Shown here: one piece after another, positions 48,909 to 56,072 of the stretch
Numbering within the stretch: position 1 is the first letter of the stretch
How the letters are laid out: the number at the start of each line of letters is the position of its first letter
Source of the DNA: Candidatus Dojkabacteria bacterium
Lineage (GTDB): Bacteria > Patescibacteriota > Dojkabacteria > J137
NCBI GenBank assembly: GCA_040006935.1
Contig: JBDTVZ010000002.1
Location: 144,174-208,173 of the forward strand
Direction of reading: 5' to 3'
Length of the DNA stretch: 64,000 nucleotides
Translations under genes and position numbers: made by a program
Notes under the pieces: generated by a model
Seen by the model: only the letters and a program-made list of their open reading frames with translations
Told to the model about the DNA's origin: nothing
Databases searched by the model: none

Positions 48909-49358
48909 ATGTTAACGAAATCTATTCAATTAGTAAATGGAACTCAAGAAATCGAAATTAAAGAAGATATGGAGATTAACGCCATGTTTGTTGGACGTGA
49001 TTCTGATGAAGTGAAAATTAAGCTAGACTTTGTACATTCAAAACCAGGACTAAAATCCAGAATTAATATTAAAGCAGTTGTGTTTGATAAAGCTAGGTTT
49101 GACTTAGAAGGAATATTAAAAATAAATAAAGGTGCTATTGGAACAGATACTTATTTAAAGATAGATTGCTTAGTAATGAGTGAATCTGCTTTTGCCAGAG
49201 CTGTACCAAGTTTGGAAATTAAAGAAAGTGAAGTAAAAGGAGGGCATGGAGCAACAATTGGATATTTAGATCCAATGCAAACTTACTATTTAACTTCAAG
49301 AGGGATGAGTAAAAAGAAAGCAGAGAATATATTGGTCGATGCGTTTATTAGGAATTGA
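48909..49358 (+). CDS. Stand-alone SufB/SufD family C-terminal domain protein (149 aa). It may be a fragment or degenerate remnant.
   Basis: EIKESEVKGGHGATIGYLD matches SufB/D (EADDVKCSHGATVG), and TYYLTSRGM matches LFYLRSRGI. It is far shorter than the roughly 400 to 500 aa of SufB/D. Confidence 0.55.
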   Translation: MLTKSIQLVNGTQEIEIKEDMEINAMFVGRDSDEVKIKLDFVHSKPGLKSRINIKAVVFDKARFDLEGILKINKGAIGTDTYLKIDCLVMSESAFARAVPSLEIKESEVKGGHGATIGYLDPMQTYYLTSRGMSKKKAENILVDAFIRN

Positions 49359-49397
49359 TCCTTCCACTTCCACTTATCCTTAACCTCCCACTTTCTC

Positions 49398-49751
49398 TTA
49401 TACTACTGATTCCATCGATCTCATTAACCCTGATAACATTTTGGAAATCGTTGTCAAATCATTATAGACATTCTCGTAAGTTTCTTCAGAAATATGATTT
49501 TCTAATTTCAGTAATCTCATTATGGCAACAGTTTCTTGAGTCGAACCTCTAGCAATATTGTAGAAATTCCTCTTATCTTTTTTACTCATTTTCCCTGCTC
49601 CCTCTGCTATGTTTAAAATTATACTTGTAGCAGATCTAAATAATTGATCTCTGAGATTTGAATTTATTTCTTTATTTTTGAATGAATCTTTAAGTTGTTT
49701 ATATATGTCTTCAGATTTCAAGTAAACTGGGAAATTTTCAAATGCAAACAT
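49398..49751 (-). CDS. Four-helix-bundle protein of the 23S rRNA-intervening-sequence family (DGR Avd-like fold).
   Basis: The family signature LRDQLFRSATSIILNIAEGAGKMSKKDKRNFYNIARGSTQET is present. Confidence 0.6.
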   Translation of the reverse strand: MFAFENFPVYLKSEDIYKQLKDSFKNKEINSNLRDQLFRSATSIILNIAEGAGKMSKKDKRNFYNIARGSTQETVAIMRLLKLENHISEETYENVYNDLTTISKMLSGLMRSMESVV

Positions 49752-49963
49752 ACGATAGATTTTAAATATTAAAACTGAATCTTATCCTAATCTGTAGAAT
49801 ATTGCATTGTGCTGCAATACAAAATAGAGAAGAATAATTAGTAGGAGCGGAAGATTAAGGATAAGTGGAAGATTTTAATGCCAGCGAATGGACTTCCAGC
49901 ACAATTCACTTCGTTCATTTGCGGGATAAACTTCTCGTCCCTGTATTTTTTGTATTAAGTTTA

Positions 49964-50045
49964 TGCCAGCGAAGGGACTCGAACCCATACCTCTTGCGAG
50001 ACTAGTTCCTAAGACTAGCGCGTATACCAATTCCGCCACGCTGGC
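49964..50045 (-). tRNA. tRNA-Leu (anticodon UAG), a type II tRNA with a long variable arm. CCA is not encoded.
   Basis: The reverse complement is GCCAGCG-TG-…-CTAGT-CTTAGGA-ACTAG-variable arm-GGGTTCGAGTCCC-TTCGCTGGC-A. The acceptor stem is 7 bp, the anticodon stem 5 bp, and the T-loop is GTTCGAG. Confidence 0.85.
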
Positions 50046-50189
50046 AATTTAATTAAAAGACGATTAATTAAAAATTAAAAGCTTTTAACGTTCGTGAATT
50101 ATATCATCCTGAACATTCAAAAAGAAGTCCCTATTTAAGAATTACTTTAATGACTTAATTACTTGTTAACTCAAAATTTAATCCAGGCT

Positions 50190-50295
50190 GTGTTACCTGC
50201 CTGCTGCGCACGCAGGCATGGCAGCCTCTTACGGGATGCCACGCCTCACTACGTTCGGCTCGCAATGACAATGACGATTCTGGGATTCTTCTTTT
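50190..50295. mobile_element. MITE-like GC-rich element, copy 3 (…CCTGCCTGCTGCGCACGCAGGCATGGCAGCC…GGCTCGCAATGACAATGAC…). Two related copies lie at 1397..1530 and 14314..14400.
   Basis: It shares the TCGCAATGACAA arm and GC-palindromic internal segments with the other copies. Confidence 0.45.
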
Positions 50296-50306
50296 AATTA
50301 TTAATT

Positions 50307-50334
50307 CTTAACCTGCCTGCAGGCAGGTTCTTAA
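50307..50334. repeat. TTAA-flanked perfect GC palindrome (cttaaCCTGCCTGCAGGCAGGttcttaa) directly 3' of gene 50339..52336.
   Basis: Seen directly. Confidence 0.55.
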
Positions 50335-50338
50335 TTGA

Positions 50339-52336
50339 TCAGAATCCTCCGGACGAACCTCCGCCTCCGCCTCCGCCGCTAAATCCACCAAAAGATCCGC
50401 CACCTCCACTCCATCCTCCTCCTCTTGTTCCACTTGAAGATGCAGGAGCCATATTTGTTATTGTGGAATTCGAGAAATCTCTTACTAAACTACTTACCCA
50501 GAAGGCATCCCAAACTCCTGGATTCGAACCTTCGTACCAATCTGGAACTTTGTTATAAATATCCTTAAACTTTTCTGCCCACTGTTTTTCTATTCCAAAT
50601 ACTACAGCGTAAGATAAATACTTTTCAAAATCTTCAGGTTCTAAGTTTTGAAGTGTGTATCTTTCGGCAGTATTTAAATACATTCTAAAACCAAGAATAT
50701 CTGCGTAAACTTTTGATCCTTTTTCGGTCTTAGCTGGCATATACTTAGAAGCCACAATGAATCCGAATCCTAATGTAATCAATCCTAATAGTGGCGTGCA
50801 TAGAACAAGATAACCGAGGAAAGTTGTACCAAAAGTACTAAAGAAGCAAGAGCTAATAATTCCCAAAATAAATAGAACGGTGCCACATCCTACGTAATTA
50901 TTCCTTATACTTTCAGGGGATTTAGTAAAGAATCCTTTATCTACAACTTCTTTATAAATTGCGATTTTTAAAAGCATGAATTTTAAATAGAAGTAATTTC
51001 GCATTTCTGTTGTTTTTACAACATCTGAATTTCTAAATACTGAAGTCATGATTTGCTCTTCCATTGAAGATAATCCAGGGTCGCCTTTTTTCCCTTCTAG
51101 CCTGGTGAGTTCGTAAACCTTTCCTTTTTTAATTTCTTTTATTTTAATATAGCCTCGATACGCAAGGTCTATAATACTTCCAACGATATCTTCTTTATCT
51201 ACAGTTTCATCTTTTATAGTTCCAAGTAGATAAGGTGGAACATCTACTGGTGGTTTAAATAACGGAATAATGGTTTTTTGCATATTTTTATCTACACCTT
51301 TTCTTCTATAATGAATCACAACGTAGATTACTGCCGCTGGAACAAAGAATATTCCTAAGCAAGTTAATAATGTATTTAATAAAAGTAAAAAGCTCATCCA
51401 AACCTCTGTTTCTAAATTAATATCTAAAGTTTTAACTTCACCAGGTTGTAGAGTCCCTTTGAAAATATAGTCTTTATACCCAGTATGTGTGAACTTAATC
51501 TCAACATCTCCGGCTGGAATATTATCTATGCTGCCACTTGACTCCTCGCTGATATCGATACCGTTTATAAACACACTATTTCCAAATGGAGGGTTTTGAA
51601 TTGCATAATTTAAAGTTGCAGGCTTTGTAATTTCATCTGGTTGAAATTTGTACGAGACTGTTAAAGCTCCAGTTGAGCCTAGGTTTCGCATTGAGAGCGT
51701 TACTTTATTACCTATTGCAGTAACGTTTGGATCTTTTCCATAATCATCGTATATTTGAAAGTTTTGAGATTTATAATTTGTGCCAGATGGGAAATTAATA
51801 TTAACAGTTGCCTTGTTTACAGAGCCATTCATCTCATCTGGGATTACATTCCAGTAAAACATTGGGTTTTCCCCAAACCATTTTAGTCCACCATAAATTT
51901 TATACTCGATGCTCCACTTAACTCTTTCGCCCGAAAATTCCTGACCATTAGGGAATAGCGTACGCTCTATTCGATAGAACTCATCTCCCGAATCCTCGTC
52001 TTGGTAGGTTGATGTTGTAAAGTCTGAGGGGTCTACTTTTTTATCATTTTCATCGTAAACTGCAAGCAACTCTAATCTGTCAAAACCACCACAGGTAACA
52101 TCAGTCCTTGAAGAACAACTATTGTTGAATGTTTTTATATCTCTTCTAACCCCGTGGACTTCTCCATAAAAAGAATACACAAAAGTCTCTTTTACAGTAA
52201 AAGTGGAGTCTTTATTTATATTAATATCCACATCGTAGCTTGGATATGTAAAAGTTGGAGCTGCTGAAACAGTTTTAAAGGTTGAAAGCGAAATTATGAA
52301 AAATATGGCGGAAAATATAACTATAAATTTCTTCAT
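50339..52336 (-). CDS. DUF2207-like predicted membrane protein with a C-terminal Gly/Ser-rich tail.
   Basis: It has a signal peptide, an extracellular domain of about 300 aa, TM helices, a cytoplasmic segment, further TM helices and a C-terminal GGGWSGGGGSFGGFSGGGGGGGSSGGF tail. Confidence 0.45.
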   Translation of the reverse strand: MKKFIVIFSAIFFIISLSTFKTVSAAPTFTYPSYDVDININKDSTFTVKETFVYSFYGEVHGVRRDIKTFNNSCSSRTDVTCGGFDRLELLAVYDENDKKVDPSDFTTSTYQDEDSGDEFYRIERTLFPNGQEFSGERVKWSIEYKIYGGLKWFGENPMFYWNVIPDEMNGSVNKATVNINFPSGTNYKSQNFQIYDDYGKDPNVTAIGNKVTLSMRNLGSTGALTVSYKFQPDEITKPATLNYAIQNPPFGNSVFINGIDISEESSGSIDNIPAGDVEIKFTHTGYKDYIFKGTLQPGEVKTLDINLETEVWMSFLLLLNTLLTCLGIFFVPAAVIYVVIHYRRKGVDKNMQKTIIPLFKPPVDVPPYLLGTIKDETVDKEDIVGSIIDLAYRGYIKIKEIKKGKVYELTRLEGKKGDPGLSSMEEQIMTSVFRNSDVVKTTEMRNYFYLKFMLLKIAIYKEVVDKGFFTKSPESIRNNYVGCGTVLFILGIISSCFFSTFGTTFLGYLVLCTPLLGLITLGFGFIVASKYMPAKTEKGSKVYADILGFRMYLNTAERYTLQNLEPEDFEKYLSYAVVFGIEKQWAEKFKDIYNKVPDWYEGSNPGVWDAFWVSSLVRDFSNSTITNMAPASSSGTRGGGWSGGGGSFGGFSGGGGGGGSSGGF

Positions 52337-52474
52337 TGTTTGATTAATAATCGCTTAATTATATTCTAAATATTAAACTTCGGCTAGTTAGTAATAGAAT
52401 TGAATAATCTCCAAGCGCTGGCGTCAAATCCCATTTTAGTGTATAATTAGCATATTAATTATTTAATATAACCT

Positions 52475-53005
52475 ATGTCAGACAAGGAAAAAGAGACTCC
52501 AATAGTCCAAGTTATTCACCAAGATAACACATTTAAAACTGTATTTATAGTACTAGCTACGTTAGCAATTTTATTTGTTTGTTGCATTTGCTCTTGCTTA
52601 GGACTTACTCTTGCTGCAAGCTATTCAACTTCATACCGACTATCTAATCAATTACCTTCAGATACAACTTATAAAGTAGAAAAAACTAGCTTCCTTATAG
52701 ATTTAAAGAAAGTTACTGTGGATGAAACTAAGTATGACTTAACTTTAAATGTAAAGAACACGGGAAAAACGGGTTCAGTGTTTAGTACTGCTAACTTGAA
52801 TCTATTGCTAGATAACAATACTCCTGTATACAATGACTATTTTGCATCCCTTGCTTTACCTGACACCTTAAATCAATATATTGCACCTGGAGCTACTATT
52901 ACAGGGAAAGTGTCATTTGATATAAGAAATCAGGTTGCTACAAAGATTGATCTTCAAGTAAAGGATAGTTCTTATAAAGTTACGCAAACTATCAAAATTA
53001 AGTAA
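52475..53005 (+). CDS. Hypothetical membrane-anchored protein.
   Basis: A single TM (FIVLATLAILFVCCICSCLGLTLAA) is followed by a beta-rich domain of about 120 aa. Confidence 0.45.
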   Translation: MSDKEKETPIVQVIHQDNTFKTVFIVLATLAILFVCCICSCLGLTLAASYSTSYRLSNQLPSDTTYKVEKTSFLIDLKKVTVDETKYDLTLNVKNTGKTGSVFSTANLNLLLDNNTPVYNDYFASLALPDTLNQYIAPGATITGKVSFDIRNQVATKIDLQVKDSSYKVTQTIKIK

Positions 53006-53025
53006 GATTACTTTGATTTGTTAAA

Positions 53026-53067
53026 GTAGAAAACGAGGATTATAATCCTCGTCTTCTACTTTTTTTT
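53026..53067 (+). terminator. Intrinsic terminator after 52475..53005 (stem GTAGAAAACGAGGATT/AATCCTCGTCTTCTAC plus T8).
   Basis: Seen directly. Confidence 0.7.
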
Positions 53068-53212
53068 ATTGTGTAAAGTTTGAATTGAAAATATAATCCT
53101 TAGTTTAAGCTTTATTATTATAGAAATTCAACCTGAATTAGAATTTAAAAAACATACGACGTTTTACAAGGATTTTAAAATCCAGGTTTATGAGTTTGGA
53201 ACAGGAAATGAT

Positions 53213-53968
53213 GTGATATTTGCTTTTCCTTCTTCCCCTCATTCCGGATTGTATTTTCTTCGGATATTAAATCATTATGATTTAAGTAAGATTAAATTCA
53301 TTACTTTTGATTTACCAGGTTGGGCAGGATATTCTGAGAATATTTTTCAGACTGGAGATTTTGATATTGACGAGTATGTTGATATCGCAAAGAAGATATT
53401 AATAGAACATAAAATAAAGGACTTCTCTGTTATGGGCTATTCCTTTGGAGGATCACTAGCATTAAAATTAGCCTCTGAAGCAAACTGCAATGTAAAAAAG
53501 ATAGCCTTAATTTCAACTATAATTCATCCTAAATTTTTACAAAAACATAGATTATCTGGAATTGTGAAAGTTATTAATTTTACTAAAAGCTATTTTTTAC
53601 TAAAGTTGGCTGCAGTAAAAATGACCCAACATATAATAAAAGGCCTTAGCGATAGTAAAGAAGCTTCGAAAGAATTTTTGGAGATTTATTTAGATATGGT
53701 TAAAAATATTAATTCCAGGGTTGCTTCCAAAGCAATTTATAAATTTTTTAAATCTGATTACTCAAATTATTTAAATGACATCAAAGACAAAAAGATATTG
53801 ATAATCAATTCCAAAGATGAATATAAAATATTTAGAGAACAAGCTGATTATTTAAGAAGGACTTTAGTGAATAAAACCTCTATAATTACCAGTGGTTCCC
53901 ACGACGATTTTATATTAAAACCCAAGAAAGAAGTTGTTAATAAAATAATAGATTTTCTTATTAAATAA
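53213..53968 (+). CDS. Alpha/beta hydrolase fold protein.
   Basis: The nucleophile elbow GYSFGG (G-x-S-x-G) is present. Length and secondary-structure pattern are typical. Confidence 0.6.
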   Translation: MIFAFPSSPHSGLYFLRILNHYDLSKIKFITFDLPGWAGYSENIFQTGDFDIDEYVDIAKKILIEHKIKDFSVMGYSFGGSLALKLASEANCNVKKIALISTIIHPKFLQKHRLSGIVKVINFTKSYFLLKLAAVKMTQHIIKGLSDSKEASKEFLEIYLDMVKNINSRVASKAIYKFFKSDYSNYLNDIKDKKILIINSKDEYKIFREQADYLRRTLVNKTSIITSGSHDDFILKPKKEVVNKIIDFLIK

Positions 53969-53973
53969 TACTC

Positions 53974-54684
53974 ATGACTCAAATCGAATACCAAGACCTT
54001 TATAAAACTATAAATAAAAATTGGAATGACTCAGTTTCTATTTATAAATCAATCGTTTCTAAATTAGTGACGAGCGAGACTGTAATTATGGAAGCTGGAT
54101 GCGGGTTTTCGAACTTATATACAGAAGAATATAAAAGAGCAAAACACGTGATTGGAGTGGATATTTCTGATGAGTATTTAAAAATGAACGATCTTATAAA
54201 AGAGAAAATTGTATCAGACCTCTCTTCTATTCCAATGATTAAAGATAATAGTGTTGATTTAATAATTTCGTCTTGGGTATTTGAACATTTAGAAACTCCA
54301 GAAAATGTTATTAAAGAATTTGGAAGAGTTTTAAAACCAGGAGGTCGAGTTGTTTTCTTAACTCCTAATGCTTTAAATTACGTTGTAGTCATTAACAAGA
54401 TAATTCCACACTGGTTTAGAGTTTGGGTTGCAACAAAACTTGGAGGTAAATTAACAGTCGAACCAATGAAGACTTTTTATAGAGGAAACACTCTTGGAAC
54501 ATTAAATAGGATGGCAAAAAATGCAGGGTTAAATTCTGATGAAACTATTCTAAACGGCGATCCGACTTATGTTGCTATTAATAGATTCTTTTTCTATATT
54601 GGAGTTTTTATTGAGGCAATAATTTCATTACCATTGCTGAATAAAACACGAGTTCATATAATTGGAGTTTTGAGGAAAGATTAG
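53974..54684 (+). CDS. Class I SAM-dependent methyltransferase.
   Basis: Motif I is VIMEAGCGFSNL, and the post-I acidic residue is VIGVDISDE. Motif II/III is LKPGGRVVFLTPN. Confidence 0.65.
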   Translation: MTQIEYQDLYKTINKNWNDSVSIYKSIVSKLVTSETVIMEAGCGFSNLYTEEYKRAKHVIGVDISDEYLKMNDLIKEKIVSDLSSIPMIKDNSVDLIISSWVFEHLETPENVIKEFGRVLKPGGRVVFLTPNALNYVVVINKIIPHWFRVWVATKLGGKLTVEPMKTFYRGNTLGTLNRMAKNAGLNSDETILNGDPTYVAINRFFFYIGVFIEAIISLPLLNKTRVHIIGVLRKD

Positions 54685-54813
54685 AACGAACTTACGTGTG
54701 GCAGGGTATTACTTGCGAATTTCTAATGGGCAGTTGAAATATGTGGTTGAGAGATCCCTCGACGGAGTTTATACAGAGCAAGGTCGAAGTGCTCGGGATG
54801 ACACAAATGAAAC

Positions 54814-55176
54814 TTATGAATCTAAATCCACTGTTTGAGAAACTAATTTGATTTCATTAAGTTGCTTTCTGATCTCACGAAGTGCTACTTCTACTGCCCT
54901 AAGTCTTGAAGCAACTTTATATTCTCTTGGATCTGCACCTAGAAAATATGAAATTGGTTTTTTAAACAAATCTGCAAGTTGCATTAGTTTATCAATTGGA
55001 GGTGCAATTCTTCCGGATTCATAGCCAGAAATAGTTTTATCAGAAACTCCTAAGGAAACTCCAACTTGAAGTTGTGAAATTCTAGCTTCAACTCTTGCAA
55101 GTTTAATTCTCTTACCAAGTTCTAACATTAAATCAGCTCTCTTTTTATTATCCTCAGCAAATACATCGTTGTACAT
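54814..55176 (-). CDS. XRE-family helix-turn-helix transcriptional regulator.
   Basis: The HTH is IKLARVEARISQLQVGVSLGVSDKTISGYESG. Confidence 0.7.
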   Translation of the reverse strand: MYNDVFAEDNKKRADLMLELGKRIKLARVEARISQLQVGVSLGVSDKTISGYESGRIAPPIDKLMQLADLFKKPISYFLGADPREYKVASRLRAVEVALREIRKQLNEIKLVSQTVDLDS

Positions 55177-55253
55177 TCATATCTACTTAAAATATAGTCT
55201 AGTGATTTTACTTGATCGAATGCTACAATACAACATACAAATTATAGAAATTT

Positions 55254-56072
55254 ATGAAGTTTGAGATTAATAAAATTGTAGAAGATGAGTTTGGAAGACC
55301 AAATGGAATTTTGATACTGGACAAACCAGTAGGTATAACTTCCCATGATCTTGTATACGAAACGAGGAAGAAATATGGAACTAAAAAAGTTGGTCATGCT
55401 GGAACTTTAGATCCATTTGCCTCAGGCCAAATGATTGTTCTTTTAGGTAAAGCTACAAAACTTTCTGATAGTTTTTTGGGATTAGATAAAGAGTACGAAG
55501 CTGATATTGCATTCGGAGTTTCAACAACAACAGGAGATCCAGAAGGAGAAATAAAAGAATTGCGAATGACAAATGAGGAATTACAAATAAATTTGAAAAA
55601 ACTAATTAAAGAATTCCCGAAAGAGTATCTACAGTATGTTCCTATTTATAGTTCTGTAAAAATAAAAGGAGAAAAGTTAAGAGAGCTTGCTCGTGGAACC
55701 GATAGATTTGAAATTACAGATGCTGATAACGGTGAAGATTTAAGCAAGAAATCTATTAAGTTTTATAAAAATGATAATTTAGTATTTGAATCGAAATTAC
55801 CTGCAAAGATAGTGAAGATTTATGAACTTGAGATTCTAGACTTCTCTGTTAAGAAACTAGAAGAATATAAAAATACTATTTCGAAAGACTTGTTCGAAGT
55901 ACTAAAACAAAAAGATATTTCAGAATTACCGATAGCGAAAATTCGAGTAAAATGTTCTAAAGGCACTTATATAAGACAACTAGCTGAGGATATTGGAGTA
56001 ATGTTAGATACTCCAGCTTTTTTAGTAGCACTTCGGAGAACCAAAATTTTCATTACAGACCAAACTCTCTAA
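55254..56072 (+). CDS. truB: tRNA pseudouridine(55) synthase TruB.
   Basis: GILILDKPVGITSHD is present. The catalytic motif is GHAGTLDPFASG. Confidence 0.85.
   Translation: MKFEINKIVEDEFGRPNGILILDKPVGITSHDLVYETRKKYGTKKVGHAGTLDPFASGQMIVLLGKATKLSDSFLGLDKEYEADIAFGVSTTTGDPEGEIKELRMTNEELQINLKKLIKEFPKEYLQYVPIYSSVKIKGEKLRELARGTDRFEITDADNGEDLSKKSIKFYKNDNLVFESKLPAKIVKIYELEILDFSVKKLEEYKNTISKDLFEVLKQKDISELPIAKIRVKCSKGTYIRQLAEDIGVMLDTPAFLVALRRTKIFITDQTL

Noticed and set aside
49398-49751. A possible diversity-generating retroelement, suggested by the Avd-like four-helix-bundle protein.
   Set aside because: No reverse transcriptase ORF and no template or variable repeat pair could be found anywhere in the window. 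The Avd-like family is widespread as orphans in CPR-like genomes.
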